Assembly: GCA_045863855.1 (NCBI GenBank)
Contig: BTVV01000062.1
Coordinates: 1 to 34,467, forward strand
DNA from: Planctomycetota bacterium
GTDB taxonomy: Bacteria > Planctomycetota > SZUA-567 > H5-PLA8
Length of the DNA stretch: 34,467 bases
Direction of reading: 5' to 3'
This document shows positions 21,970 through 30,772 of this stretch, piece after piece (positions within the stretch are counted from its first letter, which is position 1; every line of letters starts with the position of its first letter). Position numbers and translations under genes: made by a program. The notes under the pieces were generated by a model. It did no database searches. It saw only the letters and a program-made list of their open reading frames with translations, and was not told where the DNA came from.

Positions 21970-23370
21970 CTAAAACCCCACCCGCACCATCAAAAAAATA
22001 TTCCGCGCCGGGTCGTCGCCGCGGTTGCCGGACTTCTCGAATAATCGCCCCGGCTGGAACAAAAACACGCCGCCGCTCACCGAGAGGTTCTCGTGGAAGC
22101 GGTGCGTCACCTGCAAATCCAGCTCCTGTCCCACGTCGCTGCCCGCGCGCCCGGTCGGATCGCGCCGCAACGGCCGGCCGTTCACGCTCTGGTACAACGC
22201 GTCGCGTTCTTCCAACAGGCGAAAGCGAAAGTAGTCCAATTCGATCAGCCCGCCGCGCCATACGCGCGCATGCAGTCTCGCCGCGAAGAAGTTGGTATTC
22301 CGGCCGTCCACGGCCAGGATCTTGCCCAAGTGCTCGAACGGATCGGCGTACAGCGGATCGAACGTTTCCTGCTCGCCGTCCCCAGGATCGTGGTCCCCGC
22401 TGATCATTCCCTGCTTCACCGCCAGCCGCACGCTGCGCCAGCCGATCGGAAACGTGTAGCCCAGTTCCGCCGTCTCGAGCCACGCCAGCACTTTGTCGCC
22501 GCCGCGCGAACCGAATTGCCCCATCGCCTCCACGCGGTAATCCCAGCGCTCGAAAAACGGCGCGCTCACCAGGCCGCCCACGGTAACCAGATGCGCCGGA
22601 CCGTGCGATCCGTGCTCGCCGTCGAAACGCGTCTTCTCGTCGCCCTTGTAATACGCGAAAGCCTCCATGCGATGCCGTGCCGGCGCATCGAGGAACTTCA
22701 GATTGATCCCGCCGATATTCGTGTGGCTGGAGGCCTGATCCAGATTCAGGTGGTCCTGCTCGACCGGCCGCCCGGCGAAGAAATCGATCTCGAACGCTTC
22801 CGGCCGCCAGATTACGCGCGCCAGATCGAAACTCTGCCCCGTGTTGAACCAATCGCGGTCGCCGAACAGCAGCTCGGTTCCGAAGCTGAGTTCCTGCCGG
22901 CCCAAGCGGATGCGCAGCGCCGGCATGTCCGCGATGTCCTTCAACAGACCGAATTCGAGGTAGCCCTGGTAGACATCGAGCGCGTTCTCGTTGGCGTTGG
23001 GGCCGGGCAGATGGTCGCGCCAGAACTCCCACGCGTCTTGAACCTCGAGATGGGCCTTGAATAAATCGCCGTGCTCGAACGCTGCGCTCAGCCGCACGCG
23101 TTCCAGGAGCGACGCGTCTTCGTCGTTGCGGCCGAAAGTGAAATCGCGGCGGTTGTCCAGCGCCTGCCCGCGCACCTGGGAAGAACCGCCCAGCGTGAAA
23201 CTCCAGCCGCCGCCCAGCGGCCGGTCCTTCACCGCGCGCGCGGCATCCGAAAGCGGCGCGTAAAGCAGATCTTCCTTCTCGACGTACGTCTTCTTCTCCG
23301 GCTCCGCGGCGTCAACGGCCGGCGCGAGCGCCAGGAGCAGTCCGAGGAGCACCCCGAGGCGCACGTTCAT
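21970..23370 (-). CDS. Alginate export (AlgE-like) family outer-membrane beta-barrel protein
   Basis: Signal peptide MNVRLGVLLGLLLALAPAVDA. LDVYQGY, LGRQELSFG, SFDLAR, SGDHDPGDG...TFDPLY, VGQELDL and a C-terminal Phe. ATGA overlap with the kinase gene. Confidence 0.85.
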   Translation of the reverse strand: MNVRLGVLLGLLLALAPAVDAAEPEKKTYVEKEDLLYAPLSDAARAVKDRPLGGGWSFTLGGSSQVRGQALDNRRDFTFGRNDEDASLLERVRLSAAFEHGDLFKAHLEVQDAWEFWRDHLPGPNANENALDVYQGYLEFGLLKDIADMPALRIRLGRQELSFGTELLFGDRDWFNTGQSFDLARVIWRPEAFEIDFFAGRPVEQDHLNLDQASSHTNIGGINLKFLDAPARHRMEAFAYYKGDEKTRFDGEHGSHGPAHLVTVGGLVSAPFFERWDYRVEAMGQFGSRGGDKVLAWLETAELGYTFPIGWRSVRLAVKQGMISGDHDPGDGEQETFDPLYADPFEHLGKILAVDGRNTNFFAARLHARVWRGGLIELDYFRFRLLEERDALYQSVNGRPLRRDPTGRAGSDVGQELDLQVTHRFHENLSVSGGVFLFQPGRLFEKSGNRGDDPARNIFLMVRVGF

Positions 23371-25229
23371 GGCGCACGTTCCCGTGGCAGCGGCATCAAC
23401 AGTACGTTGCGAAATTGCCCGCCGCCGTCCTGGACCGAAAGCCGCAGCGCGCGCGGCGCGTCCTTCTCGCCTTCCAACGTGCTGGAGCCGACTTTGGTGC
23501 CCCCGACGTAAAAATCCGCTCGATTCCAACCCGTGAAGTCCACACGCAGACGCACCCACGCGTCCAGATCGATGTCCTTCACTTCCGCCAGCAGCGCGCC
23601 GACCCGCGCCAGCTTCTCGTCGCGCCGGACCAGATAGGCCGTCGGCCGCGCGCCTTCCGGATACCGGATGCCCAGCGCCACCCATCCCCCGCCGGGCTCG
23701 AACTGAAACTGCATCTCGCAAGCTGCCGCGCTGGCCGGAATCGTCATCTCGGCCTCAAGCATCGCCAGCGTTTTCGGAATCGAACGCTCCGCATGCTGCC
23801 AATCCGGAGCCGGGTCGAACGAGAGCGCATCCAATTCCCCGTTGTAAGGAATGTTTGGATGAAAGCCCGTATACGTCCACCCTTCGGCCGAACGATTCTG
23901 GATCAAGCGCAGCACCTCGGCCTGCGCGGGCGGCGCGTCGGCCTCGGCCGGCGTGCTTGGCGCGGGCTTCGGGCCGGGATCGGCCGGCGGAACAGGCGCC
24001 GGAGAACCGCGGCCTGAATCGATCTCGGCGCCGGACGTCTGCGCCTGCAGATAGAAAAAGTACACCAGCACCGCCAGTGTCAGCGCGCCGCCGATGGCCG
24101 CGATGCCGAAGACCATGCCCCGCCCGGGCGTGCCGGAGGAAGCCACCGCCGCACGCGCCGCGACGGATCCGCCGGGCAGCGCGACGCAGGTGCTCGCGGA
24201 CAGCTTCAGGCACGCCTTATCCTCGGGCAGCACCGCAGCCGCCGGCATGCCGCCGCGCTCGACGGCCTCCAAATCCTGCAACAGCGCACCGTACGACGCA
24301 TAACGATCGGCTTTGTCGCGCGCCGTCATCCGCTGCAAAAGCAAGCTCACGCCCGGCGGCAGCTCAGGCACGCGTTCGCGCGGATCGGGCATCTGCTCGG
24401 TCAGTTTCTTCGCCAGCACCGCGCCCACCGTGGTCGCCGCATACGGGCGCTCGCCCGAAAGCATCTGGTACAGCACGCAGCCCAGCGCAAAGAGGTCAGT
24501 CCGGAAATCCAGGTCGCGCTCGCCCAGCGTCTGCTCGGGCGACATGTAATGCGGGCTGCCCATGATGCTGCCCTGCTGCGTGATCTGCGTCTGGTCGCTC
24601 TCCGCGACGCTGTGCGCAAGCCCCAGGTCCGCGATCTTCACCGTATACGGCAGCGGCCCGACGACCGTCGTGCCCGTGTTCATCTGTTTTGCCAGCAGCA
24701 GATTGTCGGGCTTCACGTCGCGATGAATTACGCCCTTCGCGTGCGCGTGATCCAGACCCTGCACCGCCTGCTTGATCACATACAGCGCTTCGCGCAGCGG
24801 CAACCGCCCGCGCTCTTCGATCAGGCTCGCGAGGCTCATGCCGTCGACGAATTCCATCACGACGTAGCGCATGCCTTCGTGCTCGCCCATGTCGAAGCAT
24901 GCGATCACATTGGGATGATGAATCTGCGCCAGCAGCTTGCCTTCGCGCTCCAGCCGCGCCAGGAAACTGCGGTCCTGGACCATATGCGCCGGCAACACCT
25001 TCACGGCCACCGAACGATTCAAGCTTTTCTGGCGCGCGCGGTACACCGCGCCCATGCCGCCTTCGCCCAGTTTGCCTTCGATGGTGAGTCCCGGGAGGCT
25101 GGCCAAGGCCGCGTCGACGCGGCGCTGGCTCTGCTCCGCCGGTTGCGTGGGATGGCTCGAACCCGGCGGCAGATGCAGCGTCTGCTCCGGGTCCGCCGGA
25201 GGCGGATCGGAACGCGGCGCGTCGCTCAT
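23367..25229 (-). CDS. Hanks-type Ser/Thr protein kinase with a TM helix and a C-terminal extracytoplasmic ConA/DUF1080-like domain
   Basis: LGEGGMGAVY, VAVKVL, HRDVKPDN, ADLGLA, GSPHYMSPEQ and DLFALG. TM segment FGIAAIGGALTLAVLVYFFYL. The C-terminal domain call is tentative. Confidence 0.93.
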   Translation of the reverse strand: MSDAPRSDPPPADPEQTLHLPPGSSHPTQPAEQSQRRVDAALASLPGLTIEGKLGEGGMGAVYRARQKSLNRSVAVKVLPAHMVQDRSFLARLEREGKLLAQIHHPNVIACFDMGEHEGMRYVVMEFVDGMSLASLIEERGRLPLREALYVIKQAVQGLDHAHAKGVIHRDVKPDNLLLAKQMNTGTTVVGPLPYTVKIADLGLAHSVAESDQTQITQQGSIMGSPHYMSPEQTLGERDLDFRTDLFALGCVLYQMLSGERPYAATTVGAVLAKKLTEQMPDPRERVPELPPGVSLLLQRMTARDKADRYASYGALLQDLEAVERGGMPAAAVLPEDKACLKLSASTCVALPGGSVAARAAVASSGTPGRGMVFGIAAIGGALTLAVLVYFFYLQAQTSGAEIDSGRGSPAPVPPADPGPKPAPSTPAEADAPPAQAEVLRLIQNRSAEGWTYTGFHPNIPYNGELDALSFDPAPDWQHAERSIPKTLAMLEAEMTIPASAAACEMQFQFEPGGGWVALGIRYPEGARPTAYLVRRDEKLARVGALLAEVKDIDLDAWVRLRVDFTGWNRADFYVGGTKVGSSTLEGEKDAPRALRLSVQDGGGQFRNVLLMPLPRERAP

Positions 25230-26227
25230 TTGCCCGCCTCGCCCAGCTTCGCGACTTCCTTCAGCAGCGCTTCGGCGCTGGGCCGGTCGTGGATCGTGCG
25301 GCCCACGTACTGGTAGCGCACCACGCCCTGTTTATCGAGCACGAACGATGTCGGGTGCGCCAGATCGCCCGCGATGCCCAGCACCTTCGAAGCGTTCGCG
25401 TCCACGTCCAGCAGCACCTGGAACGGCAGGCGGTACTTCGGATCGTTCACCTGCTGGTAACGCCGCACACTCTCCACGAACGTCTCGATGTACTTCTCGG
25501 GACCGGGAAAGACGACGAAAACTTCCGCGCCAGCCGCCTTGAACTGCTCGATCGACTGCGCGAGCTGCGTCGTCTGCCGCGTGCAGTACACGCATACGCC
25601 CCCGCTGTAGTAGCCTTTCATGAAGACCAGGACCACGGGGTTCTTGCCGGTGTACGCGCCCAGATCGGACAGCTTGCCGTCCGCGCCGACGAACTTCGTC
25701 AGCGGGAGAGCTTTGCCGTGCCAGTTGCCTGCGCTCGCCGCCGTCGTAGGCGACGTTACCTGCTGCCGCTGCGTCGCCGTCTGCGCCTGCTGCGCGGCCT
25801 CGGCCTGCGCCTGAGCCGTGGCGAGCTGGTCCTCCAGCTTCTGCATGCGGCTCTGCGCGTCCTGCACCGCATCCAGCAGCTTCTTCTGCAGTTCCGGATC
25901 TGCCGGAGTTTGCGTGCCCGGCGCCTGAGTTCCAGGCGCGGCCTCGGCCGGTGCCGCCTGCCCGGCGCCCGCTTTCTTCTCCAGGTCCGCCACCTTCGCC
26001 CGAAGCTCGGCTTGCTCCGCCGAAAGTGCCTGCAGGAGCGTCAAATCCTGGCGTCGCGCATCGGCCGCCTGCATCTTGGACTGCGTCACGCTGGAATCGA
26101 CCTGCGCCTTCAACGCCGCGTTCGAGGACTTCAGCTCCTCGACTTGCTGGCGCACCGCGCGACGTTCGGGAGTCTGGCAACCGGCCAGCGCCAGCAGCGC
26201 CACGGCACAAAGGACATGCGTACGCAT
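25226..26227 (-). CDS. Lipoprotein with coiled coils and a C-terminal AhpC/TSA-like redoxin domain (CxxC)
   Basis: Lipobox LAGC, Gln/Ala-rich coiled coil, VVLVFMKG...CVYCTRQ and PTSFVLDKQGVVRYQYVG...DRP. Confidence 0.85.
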   Translation of the reverse strand: MRTHVLCAVALLALAGCQTPERRAVRQQVEELKSSNAALKAQVDSSVTQSKMQAADARRQDLTLLQALSAEQAELRAKVADLEKKAGAGQAAPAEAAPGTQAPGTQTPADPELQKKLLDAVQDAQSRMQKLEDQLATAQAQAEAAQQAQTATQRQQVTSPTTAASAGNWHGKALPLTKFVGADGKLSDLGAYTGKNPVVLVFMKGYYSGGVCVYCTRQTTQLAQSIEQFKAAGAEVFVVFPGPEKYIETFVESVRRYQQVNDPKYRLPFQVLLDVDANASKVLGIAGDLAHPTSFVLDKQGVVRYQYVGRTIHDRPSAEALLKEVAKLGEAGK

Positions 26228-26314
26228 AACGTAAGCAAGCTCCGTCGATTAGGAAAAGAGGTCACTCGTCAGTATACGCGCCTTCCGAAGGCGCGGAAAT
26301 CCCCGAATCGGTGC

Positions 26315-27520
26315 TCAATGCGCCGGAAAACGCCGGTAATTCGAAAGGTCTACGCGCCGGCCCGGCCGCGCCCATGGCACGCCCAGTTCGCCGGGCAGGC
26401 GGCCTTGGCGGTATGCTTCCGTCCATGCTTCGGCCACGCCTGCTGCCCAAGTCAGCTTGCCTTTCGACTCCTCCAGCTTCACCGCCTCCGCGGGGAACGC
26501 CGCGATCTCGCGCGCCGACTCCTGCATCCCATCGATGGCCAGCGTCTGCGCCAGCGCCGCTTCGGGCGGGCACAAGGCCGGCGGCCCCCCGCGGGCAAGC
26601 TCCACCGTGTGCCACAGCTTGCGCCCCGATCCGCCGTCGGGCTGACCGTAATCGTGCGCGCTCCCGTCGGCGAAAGACGCCCGCAAACCCGCGCCGTCGT
26701 AGCCGTAGGTGACGGTCCCGTCCTCGAACTCGTATTCGAAGATCGGCCCCAACTGCTCGCGCACCGCGTGCGAGGCGTAAAAGAGCACCTCCACGCCGGC
26801 TTCTGTCTTCCAGCGCGCCGCGCACGTATCGAAGTTCGTAATCGCATTGGCGCGGTACAGTTCCGCCTCCGCGGAAACGGGATACGCGCTGGAATCGGCG
26901 CGCGACCCAAGACAAAAGAACAGGTTATGAACCTGATGCGCGTTGGCGTTGTTCGCGGGACTGTCGAGCACCCACGCGCCATCGGGCGACTTCTGTGCGC
27001 CGGCCCAGGTGTTGCGCGCATAGTAATCGTGCCCGCGCGGCCACAGCGCCAGCGCTTTGAAGCGCTTCGGCGCGCCGAAGCGGCCGCCCCCCATATCGCG
27101 CTTCAGATTATGGTTCGCCTCGCGGTAAGACCACAGAAACCCCACCCCCACCAGCATGCCGGCTTGATCCCGCGCGGCGATCAGCTCGAATCCGTCCTGC
27201 ACCGCTGCGCAGAGCGGCTTCTCGACCAGCACGTGCGAACCGTGTTCGAGCGCCAGCTTCGAGAGCGGTACATGCAGGTGAATCCCCGCGGCGATCGCGA
27301 CCACGTCGGCCCGCGCGCCCTGCGCGTAGAAGTCCTGCAGCGAGGCGAAGCGCGGCACGCCGAGCGCATCCAAGTCGCTCAGGCGCGTGCAGCCCCGCGG
27401 ATTCGGATCGATCGCGCCTACGAACCGGATATCGCGCCCGCCGGCATGATCGAGCAGTTCCTTAAGGTACGTGCCGCCGTATCCGCCGATACCCACTAGC
27501 GCCACCGAGACCGTTGCCAT
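26315..27520 (-). CDS. Gfo/Idh/MocA family oxidoreductase
   Basis: ALVGIGGYG, HVLVEKP, YYARNTWAG and VLDSPANNANAH. Start at ATG 27520. Confidence 0.9.
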   Translation of the reverse strand: MATVSVALVGIGGYGGTYLKELLDHAGGRDIRFVGAIDPNPRGCTRLSDLDALGVPRFASLQDFYAQGARADVVAIAAGIHLHVPLSKLALEHGSHVLVEKPLCAAVQDGFELIAARDQAGMLVGVGFLWSYREANHNLKRDMGGGRFGAPKRFKALALWPRGHDYYARNTWAGAQKSPDGAWVLDSPANNANAHQVHNLFFCLGSRADSSAYPVSAEAELYRANAITNFDTCAARWKTEAGVEVLFYASHAVREQLGPIFEYEFEDGTVTYGYDGAGLRASFADGSAHDYGQPDGGSGRKLWHTVELARGGPPALCPPEAALAQTLAIDGMQESAREIAAFPAEAVKLEESKGKLTWAAGVAEAWTEAYRQGRLPGELGVPWARPGRRVDLSNYRRFPAH

Positions 27521-27625
27521 GATTCGTCGCTCCGAGTGCGCAACCAAGTATGCCAGATGCGCTGCGTCTGGCATCTCCAGAGGCGAACCCTTGCGGCTCC
27601 CATCCGCGAACCGTATGCTCCCGAA

Positions 27626-28144
27626 ATGAGATACGTGCTGGACGCATGCAACCTGATCTTCCACTCCGACGACCTGTATCGGACGCTCGACGGCCAAGGG
27701 TTCCAGGCCGCGCGCGCCCGGTTGGTCGATCTCCTGGATGGCTTTGTCCGGCGCGAGCGCCTCGACCCGATCGTCGCCGTCTTCGACGGCAGCGAGAAGG
27801 GCGCGCACCTTTCCCGCGAGCAGCGCGAAGCCGGCGGGCGCGTGGTCCTGATTTACGCCAATCCCCGCGACGAAGCAGACCGTGTCATCGTCGATCTGGT
27901 CGAATGCGCCCAGCGTCCCGGCCAACTGACCGTCGTCAGCGACGACAAGTTCGTCGTCCGCGAAGTCAAGAAAGCGCGCGGGCATACGCTCGGCTGCGCG
28001 GCCTTCCTCAAGCGCGTCCGCGAAAGCGCCCGCGACGCCAAGCGCGATCCCTTCCAAGGCGAAGACCCGCGCAAATACGCCGGCCTCGCCGATCACGAAT
28101 TGAAAGAGTGGATGGATCTATTCGGATTTAAAGATGACGAGTAG
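27626..28144 (+). CDS. NYN (YacP-like) PIN-fold ribonuclease domain protein
   Basis: YVLDACNL, VFDG, EADRVI and VVSDD acidic motifs. C-terminal EWMDLF. Start at ATG 27626. Confidence 0.85.
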   Translation: MRYVLDACNLIFHSDDLYRTLDGQGFQAARARLVDLLDGFVRRERLDPIVAVFDGSEKGAHLSREQREAGGRVVLIYANPRDEADRVIVDLVECAQRPGQLTVVSDDKFVVREVKKARGHTLGCAAFLKRVRESARDAKRDPFQGEDPRKYAGLADHELKEWMDLFGFKDDE

Positions 28145-28224
28145 CGGCCGCGCGAATACGCCTGCGTTCGAAGTCTGAAGTTGGTTGGGTTGTTGCCGTT
28201 TGCAGTTTGCCGTAAATCGCCACC

Positions 28225-28833
28225 CTACACCCGATGCATATACTGAAAGATCTCGTCGCGCTGCGCCGAGAGTGTGAGACCGCGGTCGCGCCCGATCTGC
28301 TCCAGCGCCTGCTTCAGTTCCCCGAACGAACAACTCGCGTTCGTCACGTCCACCACCATCACCATGGCGAAGACGCCGCTGAGGATGGTCTGGCTGATCT
28401 CGAGGATATTGATCTTCTTCTCGCCCAGCAATTCGGCGACGGCGGCCAAAATGCCCGGACGGTCGGCCCCGATGCCCCAAACCACCGCGCGCTGCGCGGA
28501 CGTCACGGCGCCCTTGCCGCCGCTCGGCGGCGCCGCAGACAACGCCGCGGGAGCGGGCTGGGAGCCCGCGGACGAACCGCCTTCCGATTGCAGCGTGCGC
28601 GAGACCTCGGCCGCGACGGCTTCCACCAGCGCCGCGTCTTCGTCCTTCGCGCCGCCCGCCCGCGCGCTTCCGCCGCGCGCCGCGGGCGTATGTTCGACGA
28701 TCTCCACCCCGCGCTCGCGAAGAAAGTCGCGCGCCAACGGCGTCAATAGCGCGTCTTCCGGAATGCGAAACCCATCTCCGGGCGCCAAGCGCCGCGCCAG
28801 CTCGCGCACTTCGTTCTCGGTCAAGACCCGCAT
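28225..28833 (-). CDS. UPF0237-type ACT-domain protein with an N-terminal BMC-associated domain and a putative encapsulation peptide
   Basis: C-terminal GADRPGILAAV...INILEISQTILSGVFAMVMVVD...EIFQYMHRV. N-terminal LTENEV...LLTPLARDFLRERGVEI. Internal helix DAALVEAVAAEVSRTL. Alternative GTG start at 28842. Confidence 0.85.
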   Translation of the reverse strand: MRVLTENEVRELARRLAPGDGFRIPEDALLTPLARDFLRERGVEIVEHTPAARGGSARAGGAKDEDAALVEAVAAEVSRTLQSEGGSSAGSQPAPAALSAAPPSGGKGAVTSAQRAVVWGIGADRPGILAAVAELLGEKKINILEISQTILSGVFAMVMVVDVTNASCSFGELKQALEQIGRDRGLTLSAQRDEIFQYMHRV

Positions 28834-28912
28834 AGATCGCACCGGTAGGCCGCGTGCGGTACGTGGCGCGAAGCGGACGGCCCTTCGCTTCGCGTCTCAC
28901 TCCGCCCGAGAC

Positions 28913-29224
28913 TTACCGCTCCTTTTCGTTTCCCAATCCACGTTTGAGCTTGGCGTCGGAACGCACTTCCGTGCTATCGACGATCGCAAGAATCGCCGCC
29001 TCGATCGGCAGGTTCTCGTCGCCCATGGCCAGGCGCGCCGCGCGTCCGAAGGCCACGATCACGTCTTCCCCGATTCCCGCGCCGACCCGGTCGGCGGCCA
29101 CCACCGGAAGATGCGTATCCTTATCCTCCAGCGGCGCGGGCTGCACAATCAGCAGCTTCACGCCGCCCAGGCGATCGTCCTTCCGCGTCGCCTGGACGTT
29201 CCCGATCACGCGTCCGAGAAACAT
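28913..29224 (-). CDS. BMC vertex (pentamer) protein, EutN/CcmL family
   Basis: MFLGRVIGNVQATRKD...KLLIVQP...VAADRVGAGIGEDVIV..GRAAR...PIEAAILAIVD. Confidence 0.96.
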   Translation of the reverse strand: MFLGRVIGNVQATRKDDRLGGVKLLIVQPAPLEDKDTHLPVVAADRVGAGIGEDVIVAFGRAARLAMGDENLPIEAAILAIVDSTEVRSDAKLKRGLGNEKER

Positions 29225-29309
29225 GAGCCGCCTCCGGAATAATCGCCGCCTCGCAAGCAGGCGACCAACCTAATGCACGCTCCGCCTCGCGCCACGCGCG
29301 ATTCGCGGC

Positions 29310-30200
29310 TTACAGAAATACCACCGCCGCATAGCCCACGAAGTCGCTGGGTGCGCCCACGCTGGGGCGCCGTTCGTAGCTCGTCTTGTGCTCCAACAGT
29401 ACGCCCCGGCTCGCTCCGCGTGCCCGAGCGAAGGCAATGGCCGCCGCCGCGGCCTGCGGGCCGCAGGCGCTGGCATCCGATTCGCCGGTCTCCGCCGCGC
29501 CGCGGGCGTCCAGCGCCAGCGCGCGATCCAGAAATGCGCGGTCGTTCACGTCCTTCGACCAGGCGTGCGCGGCGGCTCCTACGCCTTGCGGAGCGAAGTC
29601 GTAGTAGTTCGGTCCGTAGTGCGTCAAATCGGTGCTGGCCATCGCGACCGCGTTGCGCTTGAGCTTCGTCACGGCGCGCGCGGCGGCCAAGCCCAAGGCC
29701 TCACCGTCGCAATCGTGCGGAACAGCCACCGGAACCAGCCGAGCTTCGGGCAGCGCCTGGCGAAGCATCGGAAGCTGGACTTCGATCGCGTGATCTCCGG
29801 CGTGCGCTTCGGGGCGGTCGATCAGCAGTTCCGGCCCGGCTTCGCCCAGGCAGGCCGCGGCCAACTCGGCATCGATCGCCACTTCGGCGCCGGGGATCTT
29901 CCACGCGCCCTCCCGTTGCAGCGATGGAACGGCGACTTCCGAACGGTGCGCCGTCGCGAAAATCAGGACCGTCTCCGGCGGCGCGGCGCTCTGCTGGAGC
30001 GCGTCCCAAACCAGGAGCGCCGTGGGGCCGCTGTAGATCCAACCGGCGTGCGGCACGATGCCGCCGTAGATCGCTTTGCCTAGGATATCGGCCGGCAACT
30101 CGGCTTCTTCGCGCCGGCACGCTTCGAGCAGCTTCGTGCACTCCGGCACGGAGCCCGGATAAAAGCTTCCGGCGCGGTAATGCGGTCGCACGTAGCCCAT
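29310..30200 (-). CDS. amrB: AmmeMemoRadiSam system protein B (MEMO1 family)
   Basis: AGSFYP, IVPHAGWIYSG, HAIEVQLPML, ASTDLTHYG, SACG and VGYAAVVF. Start at ATG 30200. Confidence 0.92.
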   Translation of the reverse strand: MGYVRPHYRAGSFYPGSVPECTKLLEACRREEAELPADILGKAIYGGIVPHAGWIYSGPTALLVWDALQQSAAPPETVLIFATAHRSEVAVPSLQREGAWKIPGAEVAIDAELAAACLGEAGPELLIDRPEAHAGDHAIEVQLPMLRQALPEARLVPVAVPHDCDGEALGLAAARAVTKLKRNAVAMASTDLTHYGPNYYDFAPQGVGAAAHAWSKDVNDRAFLDRALALDARGAAETGESDASACGPQAAAAAIAFARARGASRGVLLEHKTSYERRPSVGAPSDFVGYAAVVFL

Positions 30201-30222
30201 GCCCGAGTCCCTAGCCTGTAAT

Positions 30223-30495
30223 TCAGTCGACTTCCATGGAGAAGCGGCGTCGCCGGATCGCGGCCGGATCGGTGCTTTGCGCATGCTTTTCCTGAAAGCG
30301 CATAAACGCCTGAACCGCTTCCCAACCGGTCTTTTCCAGAAACTCGTCGAGCACGCTCTTCTTGAAGCGGATCGTACGCCCGATCCGGCTGGCCGGCAAG
30401 GTTCCCGCCCGGACGTGCCGGTACACGACCTGCGGATGCAACTGCAGGTACTCGGCAGCCTGCTGGATGGTCAGGATCTCGGGCGTTTCGGCCAT
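30223..30495 (-). CDS. Excisionase/MerR-like helix-turn-helix (HTH_17) DNA-binding protein
   Basis: ILTIQQAAEYLQLHPQVVYRHVRAGTLPASRIGRTIRFKKSVLDEFL. Confidence 0.9.
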   Translation of the reverse strand: MAETPEILTIQQAAEYLQLHPQVVYRHVRAGTLPASRIGRTIRFKKSVLDEFLEKTGWEAVQAFMRFQEKHAQSTDPAAIRRRRFSMEVD

Positions 30496-30502
30496 CGCTT
30501 AG

Positions 30503-30772
30503 CAGCCCGTTGAATAGGGGTGCTGACCGCGTTGCGTGGAGCATTCGAACTGGGCCATGCGTCGCGAAGAGAGCCGCATCGAGACGATGCGGCGAGCGAA
30601 GCGCAACGTCGCCCAGTTCGAATGCTCCCGCAATCCTTCGGGCAGCCTCGTCTTGTGGCCCGGCTCTGTGTTGCCCTGCGGTCGTCGCATCACCTGATGC
30701 GGCTCCCTTCCGCGCGCCTTGATCCGGACCACAATCCAAGGCTGCGCGGGCGTACTCTATTTCAATGGGCTG
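30503..30772. mobile_element. MITE-like non-autonomous element (270 bp) with imperfect terminal inverted repeats and a TTAG target duplication
   Basis: Left end CAGCCCGTTGAATAG (30503-30517). Right end CTATTTCAATGGGCTG (30757-30772), reverse complement CAGCCCATTGAAATAG. TTAG flanks both sides (30499-30502 and 30773-30776). Internal perfect 18-bp inverted repeat at 30538-30555 / 30611-30628. Confidence 0.78.

Noticed and set aside
23371..23721. N-terminal extension of the porin ORF, and the similar extensions at 27521-28096 and 18886-19233
   Set aside because: Each overlaps another real gene. Internal ATG starts give proper signal peptides or a Rossmann-fold N-terminus.
25289..27499. 736-aa plus-strand ORF and the many other long overlapping ORFs in the track (e.g. 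9711-11024, 10934-12262, 31579-32973, 3921-5057)
   Set aside because: They are antisense or off-frame shadows of well-supported genes in high-GC DNA, Arg/Ala/Pro-rich and without recognisable motifs.
27626..28144. NYN nuclease as a toxin-antitoxin or defence component, or as part of the BMC operon
   Set aside because: No adjacent antitoxin. It is a YacP-like stand-alone gene on the opposite strand, converging on the BMC operon.
28165..28215. Degenerate heptamer run (TTGCCGT TTGCAGT TTGCCGT) between the convergent NYN and ACT genes
   Set aside because: Only about three imperfect units with no spacers. It is not a CRISPR array and too short to support a function.
30223..30495. Prophage or integrative element suggested by the excisionase-like gene
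   Set aside because: No integrase, att-like repeats or phage genes are present in the window.
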